Below, piece after piece: positions 26,091-33,811 of a stretch of DNA of 35,274 nucleotides. The DNA comes from a virus (taxonomy: Duplodnaviria > Caudoviricetes): IMG/VR virus record IMGVR_UViG_3300016265_001251, positions 1 to 35,274 of that record. One strand, written 5' to 3'. A program made the position numbers and the translations under genes. The notes under the pieces were generated by a model, which searched no databases, was not told where the DNA came from, and saw only the letters and a list, made by a program, of their open reading frames with translations. The first letter of the stretch is position 1. Each line of letters starts with the position of its first letter.

Positions 26091-27065
26091 TCAAATATGT
26101 TGACTGGTGTCAATACCAGAATCATTGCCAGTAACATTTTCTTTTACGGTCAGGCGCAGCGCACCGTTTGACGATAGTTTTGCATGGGCAGATACTCTGC
26201 CAGTGTGGGCAACCATGTACCTGATAGCGGCTGGATGGTTAATGGTCATGGCATGGATGATCCTAGCCTTCATTTCCTTTTCCAGCTTGTCAGATGCCAA
26301 TCTGTTGGCGTGTGCCTCTAAATACCTAAGACACCATTGCTCAAAATCATCTGCATTTTTGCTTTCAGTCATATCAACAAATTCAACGGGCGATTCATCG
26401 GCGACCTTAAACAGATCGACAACATGGTCATAATCTTGCGCCCCCACCAACGGCGGTTCAACATTATTTTGCAGGTCAGACCAGAACAAACTTGACCGTT
26501 TGATGATGTGCTGCACCACCTTTTGATCCTGGGCGCGGAACATAACTCGTATATCCTCTGGGTTGCCCGCGTGCATGGATGCGATAGCACACCATGTGAA
26601 TGGTTTTAATCCCATTTGCTCCCGCGCAGAATTGGTCACGAACAATTCGTGCTGTACTTGCAATTCAACATGGTTTGGCGCAGTTTCCTTAGTCCATCCA
26701 GGCGCAAAGCTCTGCACGTTCTTGATCTGCACGATGCCATCCCCAAATTCAGGATGCGAGCAATAATAATCCAATGTGCAACCAAGCCAGGGATACTTTG
26801 GATGCCAATGGTATTCTTTGCACTTCACCATTTCCCATTGGTAATGCTCTGTCACCAGGGCAGCGATAACAGGCTCCATCAGGCGACCGAAAGCCATAAG
26901 GATTGTGTCCTCTGCCCCTGTCAGATTGCCTTTCTTGATGTGGTACAGTTCATTGACTGTTGTGTGCGGGCTTTCATTGAACAAAGCCGCTATCTCACTT
27001 GCACCGATGTGAGTCAAGCGCAGTTCGCGCCAATGTTTATCATCGCGTATTTTGACTATTGCCAT
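26091..27065 (-). CDS. YqaJ-like viral recombinase exonuclease
   Basis: W..LR..HIGASEIAAL, FGRLMEP, CTLD, QIKN and QVQH. Adjacent to recT. Confidence 0.9.
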   Translation of the reverse strand: MAIVKIRDDKHWRELRLTHIGASEIAALFNESPHTTVNELYHIKKGNLTGAEDTILMAFGRLMEPVIAALVTEHYQWEMVKCKEYHWHPKYPWLGCTLDYYCSHPEFGDGIVQIKNVQSFAPGWTKETAPNHVELQVQHELFVTNSAREQMGLKPFTWCAIASMHAGNPEDIRVMFRAQDQKVVQHIIKRSSLFWSDLQNNVEPPLVGAQDYDHVVDLFKVADESPVEFVDMTESKNADDFEQWCLRYLEAHANRLASDKLEKEMKARIIHAMTINHPAAIRYMVAHTGRVSAHAKLSSNGALRLTVKENVTGNDSGIDTSQHI

Positions 27066-27067
27066 TT

Positions 27068-27382
27068 TTATTTATCCAACTCCAGCACGGTATCAACCTT
27101 TTTGACCACCGCCATCCGACCGCTTGGATGATTGTAGTATCGATAAAATGTGATGCAGCTGGTAAAGCTGTCGCCATTCTCGGCATACCATTTCCTAAAT
27201 TGTTTGTACGCCGTGTTGATTGCCTTGTTTAATGTCGGCCTCTCTATTTCAAGCCCATAATTCTTGTGATCAAAATCGGCTACATAGCACCACAACAATG
27301 GCTCTTTACGCACTTTTGCTAGCGCATAATTCATCCCCATTTCAAATTCTGTGCTTTCAGTTCCAAGCATGTCCATATACAT
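27068..27382 (-). CDS. Hypothetical protein
   Basis: 104 aa, GGAG RBS. First gene of the recombination operon. Confidence 0.7.
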   Translation of the reverse strand: MYMDMLGTESTEFEMGMNYALAKVRKEPLLWCYVADFDHKNYGLEIERPTLNKAINTAYKQFRKWYAENGDSFTSCITFYRYYNHPSGRMAVVKKVDTVLELDK

Positions 27383-27411
27383 CGTTTTCTCCGTAAAAAA
27401 ATGTGCAATTG

Positions 27412-27442
27412 GAAATTATCAAATATGTTGATAGCTGTCAAC
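27412..27442 (-). promoter_or_regulatory. Leftward promoter of the recombination operon
   Basis: TTGACA-17-TAATTT. Shares TGTTGACAGCTA with the ardC promoter. Confidence 0.6.
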
Positions 27443-27490
27443 ACTTGGTGTCGCATTAAATTTGTTGACTGATTTTGCGAGTGACTGCCC

Positions 27491-27518
27491 TTGACTTCAC
27501 CTGCAAAATAGGTATGGT
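27491..27518 (+). promoter_or_regulatory. Rightward promoter of the replication operon
   Basis: TTGACT-16-TATGGT. Confidence 0.55.
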
Positions 27519-27546
27519 TGATGCACTGTGTGCAGGACAGTACTTG

Positions 27547-27603
27547 AACCCTTTGGCGATGGTGTGTGCCTGCATTCGCACATCATCGCTAAGGGGTTTT
27601 TTT
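27547..27603 (+). terminator. Leader terminator/attenuator hairpin overlapping the initiator RBS
   Basis: 22-bp uninterrupted stem (with G-U pairs), 8-nt loop, then a U-tract ending at the ATG at 27604. Confidence 0.75.
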
Positions 27604-28407
27604 ATGGCCAGAATACGGACGGTAAAACCAGAGCTTTTCAAGCATGAGGAGCTATATGAATTAGAACAAGAACACAAACTGCCATTGCGTTTAGCCTTTA
27701 TAGGGCTTTGGTGTGTGTGCGACCGAGAAGGACGATTCAAATGGCGGCCTAACCAGCTTAAAATTGAGATCTTGCCATACGACAAAATTGATTTTTCACG
27801 CGTGCTTGACGCGTTGGCCACGCGTGAATTTGTTGTGGAATACACGTCAGACACGGGTGAAAGATATGGTTATGTTCCAACTTTCACCGATCACCAGGTC
27901 ATAAACAACCGCGAGTCACAAAGCCAGCTTTTATGCCCGTTTGACGCGTGCGCCACGCGTGACCCACGCGGCTTAAGCATGCACAAGGGGAAAGGAAAGG
28001 AAAGGAAGGGAAAGGAAGGGAAAGGAAGGGAAAGGAATATATCTCACGCTATAGCCACCCTTGACCCATTGCCAGATTGGATTCCTAGGGACGCATGGGA
28101 TGGATATTGCGCCATGCGCGGCAAGAGTTTTACGCCTCACGCTAAAGATCTGGCGATAGCTAAGCTGGAAAAGTTTAGAAATGAGGGATTTAACCCAAGG
28201 GAAGTTTTAGAAAATTCAATCATGCACGGCTGGAAAGGCCTGTTTGAACCACAATCGAAAGGGAACAGAAATGAAAACACTGGCAGAAATCATGATAGAT
28301 ATTCCCCTCCAGGAAAATCACAGCAAGCAGCAGATGCCATCAGTAAGGCACTCGACCAGCTCGATGACGATTCCATCGCCATTAACGCCCTCTACAGACA
28401 CCTCTAA
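27604..28407 (+). CDS. Phage replication initiator (starts MARIRTVKPE)
   Basis: MARIRTVKPE..LAFIGLW..CDREGR wHTH N-terminus, internal repeats, C-terminal WDGY..R...SIMHGWKGLF domain. Confidence 0.85.
   Translation: MARIRTVKPELFKHEELYELEQEHKLPLRLAFIGLWCVCDREGRFKWRPNQLKIEILPYDKIDFSRVLDALATREFVVEYTSDTGERYGYVPTFTDHQVINNRESQSQLLCPFDACATRDPRGLSMHKGKGKERKGKEGKGRERNISHAIATLDPLPDWIPRDAWDGYCAMRGKSFTPHAKDLAIAKLEKFRNEGFNPREVLENSIMHGWKGLFEPQSKGNRNENTGRNHDRYSPPGKSQQAADAISKALDQLDDDSIAINALYRHL
27797..28037. repeat. Probable replication origin within the initiator gene
   Basis: TTGACGCGTnnGCCACGCGTGA at 27806-27827 and 27941-27962, clustered ACGCGT palindromes, and a 53-nt purine run with AAAGGAAGGG units at 27985-28037. 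Confidence 0.7.
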
Positions 28408-28864
28408 ACAAAACCGCCGCGACCTTGGGCAGTTCGTGCGGCAATGCTTTGATGCCCTCAACACCTATGGAAAGACCCCCGACCAGCTGGCCAACGCAAC
28501 CTTGATGTTTGTTAATATCCTGAAGGATTATTCGATGGATAAGATTGTTTCTGCTTTTGGAAGTTGGATGCGCCGAAGCAGCACCATGCCCACGCCAGCC
28601 GACATTGTGAACATTATCGATCCGCCGCCGCCCAAACCTGATTGGGTTGTTTATGTGGCAATCCGTCAAAAAATTCGTGATGGATACACCTTTGTCATGG
28701 ACGAAGAACGCGCCTATTTAAGATATTGCGAACGGTATTCTATGGATAAAATCAAAACTTATGAGGAAAGACAGGAAGCGCAGGAACAGCTGGCAGAAGC
28801 GCAATCTAGGCTTTTCCCTTCTGGATCTAAAACAGATGACGATGATCATGACCACAGCATTTAA
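28271..28864 (+). CDS. Helicase loader/inhibitor-like replication protein (starts MKTLAEIM)
   Basis: Downstream of the initiator. AFGSWMRRSSTMPTPADI motif. Confidence 0.55.
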   Translation: MKTLAEIMIDIPLQENHSKQQMPSVRHSTSSMTIPSPLTPSTDTSKQNRRDLGQFVRQCFDALNTYGKTPDQLANATLMFVNILKDYSMDKIVSAFGSWMRRSSTMPTPADIVNIIDPPPPKPDWVVYVAIRQKIRDGYTFVMDEERAYLRYCERYSMDKIKTYEERQEAQEQLAEAQSRLFPSGSKTDDDDHDHSI

Positions 28865-28887
28865 CCTTTGTGAGGGGATAAACTGGA

Positions 28888-29367
28888 ATGCGGATTAGAT
28901 TCAACCTACCTATGCCCCCATCCACCAATGGGGCTTACGCCACCATAAAAAGGGCAGGGCGTAGGGTTAAGAGCAAAAAGGCGGTGGACTATACCAGGCT
29001 TTGCCTAGACCACCTTGTTGGCGTTGTAAATGCGAATAAACACCTATGCCATAAAACGAGAATTTTCAGAGATAGAATTTCACCGCGCAAAAAATGCTGC
29101 CCACAACGACTGAATAATCATGTTCGCATTAAACCAAGTTATAAGATTATGTTTATTTATCACTTTCCAAATAATAGGGTAAGCGATATTTTTAATTTTG
29201 AAAAACTGGTGACAGACATTTTGGTGGACGTTGGACTATTGCTGGATGACCAGTACATTGACCTTGGCGTGGTGTGCAGAGGATCAGTGCAACCCAAAAC
29301 ACCAAATGTTGAGGTGATTATAAAATACAAAAATGCTTTGGCATTCAGTGAAAATTCACTGGACTAA
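28888..29367 (+). CDS. rusA: RusA-like Holliday junction resolvase
   Basis: PPSTN start and DIFNFEKLVTD.L...G...DD catalytic pattern. Confidence 0.8.
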   Translation: MRIRFNLPMPPSTNGAYATIKRAGRRVKSKKAVDYTRLCLDHLVGVVNANKHLCHKTRIFRDRISPRKKCCPQRLNNHVRIKPSYKIMFIYHFPNNRVSDIFNFEKLVTDILVDVGLLLDDQYIDLGVVCRGSVQPKTPNVEVIIKYKNALAFSENSLD

Positions 29368-29609
29368 GAATCCAACGGGATTCGACTTCGACTGGTAACG
29401 CCAGGATAATTTATGCGGATTCCCGTGAGGCCAGCGTCAAGCATATCTTGCACGGACTGGTAAAGATCACGGGGCGCGGCCAAAAGATTATCTAGGTAAA
29501 AATTGCCACCCCGTATTTGCAACCTACTCCCATAGATTTTGCGTAGCAATTCAAAGGGATCAAAAAATCGTGGGATGCTGCCACACGGGGAATTGTCAAA
29601 CTTAGACAT
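29364..29609 (-). CDS. Hypothetical protein
   Basis: 81 aa. Overlaps the upstream RHH gene by 8 nt. Confidence 0.55.
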   Translation of the reverse strand: MSKFDNSPCGSIPRFFDPFELLRKIYGSRLQIRGGNFYLDNLLAAPRDLYQSVQDMLDAGLTGIRINYPGVTSRSRIPLDS

Positions 29610-29787
29610 TGACTTTGGCTTGCCAGGCTTGGAACCCTAATTCTAAGAGGTCGCCAATAAAATGCTCTACAGCTAAGCCGTTCTGCTTTGCTGCGGTTTT
29701 GACCTGCAAATGCACGTCTGGCTTTACCTTGATCTGCACGCGCTTGCGGTATGGAATTTTAATAGTGTCTTTCATGTTTTCCTCCAT
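29602..29787 (-). CDS. Small ribbon-helix-helix-like DNA-binding protein
   Basis: VQIKVKPDVHLQVKTAAKQNGLAVEHFIGDLL strand-helix-helix pattern. Confidence 0.6.
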   Translation of the reverse strand: MEENMKDTIKIPYRKRVQIKVKPDVHLQVKTAAKQNGLAVEHFIGDLLELGFQAWQAKVNV

Positions 29788-29801
29788 AGGTTTGATGCGC
29801 C

Positions 29802-29866
29802 ATTATAGCATGACTAAACTTTCTTGCAACAATTATGTTGACAAAAAAATGTGGGGTGCTAGATTA
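29802..29866. promoter_or_regulatory. Back-to-back promoters
   Basis: Minus strand TTGCAA-16-TATAAT with an extended TG. Plus strand TTGACA-16-TAGATT. Confidence 0.65.
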
Positions 29867-29964
29867 GGTTAGCGTTCCCCAGCTAGAGGTGGGGTGTCGC
29901 GTACTGAAAACAAATAACGCTAGCTGCCAGGGTGGAACTTATACCTTTGATTCCAGCCCTGGCA
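29867..29964 (+). ncRNA. Structured 5' leader or small RNA upstream of the MTase
   Basis: GGTTAGCGTT/AACGCTAGCT stem enclosing CCCCA/TGGGG, then a TGCCAGGG-TGGAA/TTCCA-G-CCCTGGCA stem. Confidence 0.45.
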
Positions 29965-29991
29965 AACAGCAAAACCAAAAGGAGTCAACAA

Positions 29992-30609
29992 ATGAGTAGC
30001 ACGCTTCGCGGATACGACCGTCATAAGTCGGATTATTACGTCACGCCAAGTTGGATCATTGTCGAACTGTTCGACCAGATTCCTGAATTGTTTGAGGATA
30101 TGGACGGGCGGATGGCCTTAGATCCGTGCGCGGGTGGTGGCGTGGTGAATGGTCAAAAATTCTCAATGCCTTACCCTGATGTTCTTAGGGGAAGGGGGTG
30201 GGAAAGTATAACCACCTTGGACATACGGAGCGATTCTCTGGCTGATATTAAAGCAGATTTCCTGACTTGGGATAATCCAGACAACTTAGACTTCGACTTG
30301 ATTATCACCAACCCGCCCTTCGCCATTGCGGAGGAGATTACCAGGAAAGCCTTGGAGCTGGTGGACACGGAGAGCGGCAAAGTCATCATGCTGCAACGAT
30401 TGAACTGGCTTGGGAGCGCGGCGCGGGACGACTTCTTTAGCGAATACCCCCCGACTACCATCGTGATGCACAGCCGTCGCCCGTCTTTTGGCGGCACTTC
30501 GTCAACAGACAGTGTCGAGTACGCACACTTCATCTGGGACAACAGCGACCGTTCTGGTGTCACGAACTTTGTGCGTATCCGCGCTGACAAATCAGGCAGG
30601 AGGTCGTGA
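29992..30609 (+). CDS. DNA amino-methyltransferase, probably N6-adenine (starts MSSTLRG)
   Basis: DYYVTP, motif I LDPCAGGG, motif IV IITNPPF, DSVEYAHFIW. AGGAG RBS. Confidence 0.9.
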   Translation: MSSTLRGYDRHKSDYYVTPSWIIVELFDQIPELFEDMDGRMALDPCAGGGVVNGQKFSMPYPDVLRGRGWESITTLDIRSDSLADIKADFLTWDNPDNLDFDLIITNPPFAIAEEITRKALELVDTESGKVIMLQRLNWLGSAARDDFFSEYPPTTIVMHSRRPSFGGTSSTDSVEYAHFIWDNSDRSGVTNFVRIRADKSGRRS

Positions 30610-31046
30610 TGACTGACATCAGAAACATTGACGGCGACGTGATTTTCACTAGCAAAAACCCTGATGACACTGTGAAACAGGCGGTCGAACAGGCGGTAGC
30701 GGCATGTGTTAGTTTGAGGAAAGCTGATTTGATGGAAGCCGACCTGCGGGGTGCTGATTTGGTTAGTGCCGACCTGCGGGATGCTAATATGATTGCGGCT
30801 GACCTGCGGGGAGCTGACCTGTGGGATACTGACCTGGAGGGGGCTGACCTGGAACAAGCTAACCTACAAGAAGCAGATTTGTCGAAGGCTAACCTGAGGG
30901 GGGCTGAAATGTGGGAGGCTGACCTGCGCTGGGTTAGGCTAAATGTACCAGCTCTGGATTTCGCCAACTTGGAAAGTGCAAACCTAGAAGGTGCCAAAAT
31001 CCAACTAGGAAACAAAACATTCAAACTGGAGGCATGCGATGACTGA
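30609..31046 (+). CDS. Pentapeptide-repeat protein
   Basis: Long A[D/N]Lxx run (ADLME ADLRG ADLVS ADLRD...). Confidence 0.9.
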   Translation: MTDIRNIDGDVIFTSKNPDDTVKQAVEQAVAACVSLRKADLMEADLRGADLVSADLRDANMIAADLRGADLWDTDLEGADLEQANLQEADLSKANLRGAEMWEADLRWVRLNVPALDFANLESANLEGAKIQLGNKTFKLEACDD

Positions 31047-31083
31047 TATTAACAACACAACTTTTGTTGGAGTAGGTAAATGA
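31039..31083 (+). CDS. 14-aa bridging mini-ORF MTDINNTTFVGVGK
   Basis: GGAGG upstream. ATG overlaps the upstream stop (ATGACTGA) and its own TGA overlaps the next ATG. Confidence 0.45.
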   Translation: MTDINNTTFVGVGK

Positions 31084-31565
31084 TTAGGGAAACAAAACAG
31101 ATATACAATACAAATGAAAAATTTATCGGGTGGAAATACAACACCTGCACTAAACGGCCTGACCCATCCTTACTTATTGATTATGTTGTCGAATTTATTA
31201 GCGGCAATGAAGAAATCCATTATGGAGCTTTATCTGAATCCGCACCGTGGGAAATTATAAAGTATTGGCGGGAACACGCGCATAGGTGTTCGTGCTGTGC
31301 AAGAGTTGCCGACAACAGCGTTAATCATGAAGCAGAAAAAGAAGTGCTTAAAGTTGCATTATCAGAAGGATGGACTGAATGGAATCCAAATTGCGGATTG
31401 GAACAGCCTGACTTGCCTGAAGGTACGGAGGTTATTTTTATGAACAGAGATGGGTTTATTTCTATTCCTTATGCCTTTGACCAAACACGGTGGACGTGGG
31501 GTAAAGATTCAGAAAATGACAAAATAGCCTACAAAATTGTGGATAAGGATAAGGCAGATGACTGA
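31080..31565 (+). CDS. Hypothetical protein (two Trp-rich phage modules)
   Basis: GGAG RBS. GWTEWN...P.LPEGTEV...W.W...KIAYKI pattern. Confidence 0.7.
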   Translation: MIRETKQIYNTNEKFIGWKYNTCTKRPDPSLLIDYVVEFISGNEEIHYGALSESAPWEIIKYWREHAHRCSCCARVADNSVNHEAEKEVLKVALSEGWTEWNPNCGLEQPDLPEGTEVIFMNRDGFISIPYAFDQTRWTWGKDSENDKIAYKIVDKDKADD

Positions 31566-31932
31566 TAAACGAATCCCGCTTGATGCCCAATATGGCTATG
31601 CCAAACCAGTAAAAGAAATTACGGCAGAACAGTTGGAAGATATTGGGAATGCTCTTTGGCTGCATAATTTCGTTACGGCACTTACGGAGGATTTTTATAC
31701 GGCAACTACAGAGGGATCCTCGGTAACTCAAAAAACCCCGCTTGATGCCCAACAAATCATCAAAGCCGCCGTGCAGGCGATTGAGGATGTTGTGGAGGAA
31801 AATGTGCGGCCACGCAAAAGTACGCGCTACCGATGCGACCATAATAGGTGGGATTTTGAACATTGCGATCATTGCATCCGCGAACACCTAATCCCCCACC
31901 TGCAATCCCTAAAAGGACTGATTGATGACTGA
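31558..31932 (+). CDS. Hypothetical protein (starts MTDKRIPL) with internal duplication
   Basis: Coupled start, PLDAQ twice, C-terminal CDH...CDHC. Confidence 0.65.
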   Translation: MTDKRIPLDAQYGYAKPVKEITAEQLEDIGNALWLHNFVTALTEDFYTATTEGSSVTQKTPLDAQQIIKAAVQAIEDVVEENVRPRKSTRYRCDHNRWDFEHCDHCIREHLIPHLQSLKGLIDD

Positions 31933-32416
31933 CACAAAAACAATTATTGAAGAACGCGGCCAGCGTTACGGCCAGTTCAGTGGCCAGGCGCAAGTGGCAC
32001 AGGCTATCAAGAAAGCGATGCAGCTGGACAATCCCAAGCTGGCCGATGATCAACGCGAAGCGCTGGAGATGATTGCCAACAAGATTGGCCGCATTATCAA
32101 CGGCGACCCTGACTACGCTGATAGCTGGGTGGACATTGCGGGCTACGCGCAACTGGTGGCGGATCGGTTGCAAAAACCAAGCGCACAAAAGAAACACAAG
32201 TGTGCTTTTTTGTTCATGGGCACACCGATAACCGAGTTATCCGAAGCGCAAAAAGAAAAATGTATAGATTGGATAGCGAAGGAAGCACCCGTAGGTTGGT
32301 ACTATTTGCTGAAAGCTGTCAAATACCCTGAAACATTAAATGAAGAAGACATCGAACATTTGGAAAAAATGTGTTGTTTGCACTCTAACGTGATGAAAGT
32401 ACTGATTGATGACTGA
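31925..32416 (+). CDS. DUF6378-like protein with C-terminal extension
   Basis: ERGQRYGQF...QREALEMIANKIGRIINGDP.Y.DSWVDIAGYA.LV. Confidence 0.75.
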   Translation: MTDTKTIIEERGQRYGQFSGQAQVAQAIKKAMQLDNPKLADDQREALEMIANKIGRIINGDPDYADSWVDIAGYAQLVADRLQKPSAQKKHKCAFLFMGTPITELSEAQKEKCIDWIAKEAPVGWYYLLKAVKYPETLNEEDIEHLEKMCCLHSNVMKVLIDD

Positions 32417-32519
32417 GTATTATTTTTTAGGATTTTTAGTTGTGGTGACTTGTATTGTGACAGCGATGTTTTTGATCTCAATTTCTTAAGCTATTTTTAC
32501 TGACTATTTTGAGGACTGA
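32409..32519 (+). pseudogene. Small TM peptide gene with in-frame TAA (paralogue of 32523..32636)
   Basis: MTEYYFLGFLVVVTCIVTAMFLISIS*AIFTDYFED. TAA at 32487 aligns with Leu in the next copy. Confidence 0.6.
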
Positions 32520-32522
32520 TTG

Positions 32523-32636
32523 ATGCTTGAATACTATATGGTAAGATTTTTAGCTGTGGCGGGCTGCGTTGCAATAACAATGCTGCTGGGCGCTATATTT
32601 TTGGCTATTTTTACGGATTATTTTAAGGACGATTGA
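32523..32636 (+). CDS. 37-aa single-TM peptide
   Basis: MLEYYMVRFLAVAGCVAITMLLGAIFLAIFTDYFKDD. GAGGA RBS. Confidence 0.65.
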   Translation: MLEYYMVRFLAVAGCVAITMLLGAIFLAIFTDYFKDD

Positions 32637-32791
32637 TGACTAGGTGGACAATTTTTGCCAAAAATGATAAAATCGTTTACCAAGGTATCGAATACACCGT
32701 TGCAGAATGGCTTGAAAAAAAGCGGGCTGAAGAATGGGTTGACCGCCGCCAGGAGGAACTGGCGCAGAAAAGACGGGAAAAGGATCATTGA
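32636..32791 (+). CDS. Hypothetical 51-aa protein
   Basis: MTRWTIFAKNDK...KRREKDH. TGATG coupling and AAGGA RBS. Confidence 0.55.
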   Translation: MTRWTIFAKNDKIVYQGIEYTVAEWLEKKRAEEWVDRRQEELAQKRREKDH

Positions 32792-32941
32792 TTCCCCTAT
32801 GGTGTGGATGATGGTGCTATCCCACCGCAGCGGCAATGAAACAGCACCATCAAAAACAAGACTGGGGTATCTATAAAATCCATCAACCAAAGATTTCAAG
32901 AAGAAGACCCAAGCGTCCGTCTGTACTGTACGATAAAACGG

Positions 32942-33445
32942 CTATGGATGCAATTCTAAAAATGCTGCCATGCTGTCACAATCTTTTGTGCGGTTTTTCC
33001 AGCCGTTAAGAAACTTTTTCATGATAGGTTTTCTAGCGGCCAGCGCGTCATAGTATGATTCTCGGCTTGTGGTGTATGCTTGGCGCAAGGTGCGTGACGC
33101 TTTGCTTTTGCAGGCCGCAATGGTTTTTTTTCCCATAATGCCATCATCCGTTTCACCAACCAGGCGTTGCAGGATCGCAACCGCTGTTTTAATGCCAGCG
33201 TTTACCGCAAAGTCGGTCACCATCAGGGCAAGCCATACGGGCAAGTCATCCCCGCGAACCTTGTTGTAAAAGTCGCGTTCATAGATTTCCGTGGCTTGCT
33301 GCTTGGTCAGGCTTTTAATATCCAGGTCAGGATAGCTTCGCTTGCTGATGCCAAACTTTGTTTCCCCACCAGGATCGTCAGGGTCATTCACATATCCGCC
33401 CTCGTGCCGCAGGATAAAGTCGATAATGGGGCTAGGGATTGGCAT
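32942..33445 (-). CDS. Endolysin, glycoside hydrolase family 108 with C-terminal PG-binding domain (starts MPIPSPII)
   Basis: HEGGYVNDPDDPGGETKFGIS, DFAVNAG, LQR...DGIMG..T and FLNGWKNR. Confidence 0.93.
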   Translation of the reverse strand: MPIPSPIIDFILRHEGGYVNDPDDPGGETKFGISKRSYPDLDIKSLTKQQATEIYERDFYNKVRGDDLPVWLALMVTDFAVNAGIKTAVAILQRLVGETDDGIMGKKTIAACKSKASRTLRQAYTTSRESYYDALAARKPIMKKFLNGWKNRTKDCDSMAAFLELHP

Positions 33446-33665
33446 CAGCGACATTCCTTTCGTTCCATTTTGCGATAGCCTGTTCAGGCGTTTCGCTTTC
33501 CCGCACATAAAAACCAAACAACGAACAATCGTTGGTGTTGCACGCCACTTCAAACCATTCAACAACTGTATGGGCGACTTGGTCGTAATGAGGAATTACC
33601 TCGATATTATTGCCGCCACAAAAGGGGCAAGGTTTGATTTCCTGCGTTGAACTAGGGATTGGCAT
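33432..33665 (-). CDS. Lar-family (restriction alleviation-like) zinc-ribbon protein
   Basis: KPCPFCGG...VAC...C...EQAIAKWNER. Confidence 0.75.
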   Translation of the reverse strand: MPIPSSTQEIKPCPFCGGNNIEVIPHYDQVAHTVVEWFEVACNTNDCSLFGFYVRESETPEQAIAKWNERNVADANP

Positions 33666-33802
33666 TATTTTTTCTTAGGTGCGCTTTTGCCTGCCTTGCT
33701 TAAGGCAATGGCAACAGCTTGCTTCTGGGGCTTGCCAGCTTTCATTTCAGTCTTAATGTTGCTGGAAATGGTTTTGCTGCTATATCCTTTTTTTAATGGC
33801 AT
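33665..33802 (-). CDS. Small basic conserved phage protein (45 aa)
   Basis: [53 protein letters not shown] and TAATG coupling to the next gene. Confidence 0.8.
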   Translation of the reverse strand: MPLKKGYSSKTISSNIKTEMKAGKPQKQAVAIALSKAGKSAPKKK

Positions 33803-33811
33803 TTTGTCCTC

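Noticed and set aside
30171-31024. Long minus-strand ORFs (228 aa and 154 aa) opposite the MTase and pentapeptide genes
   Set aside because: They are antisense shadows of repetitive coding sequence and fully overlap well-supported plus-strand genes.
32487-32489. Stop-codon reassignment or programmed readthrough
   Set aside because: It is a single case. TAA, TAG and TGA all terminate conserved genes normally elsewhere in the genome.
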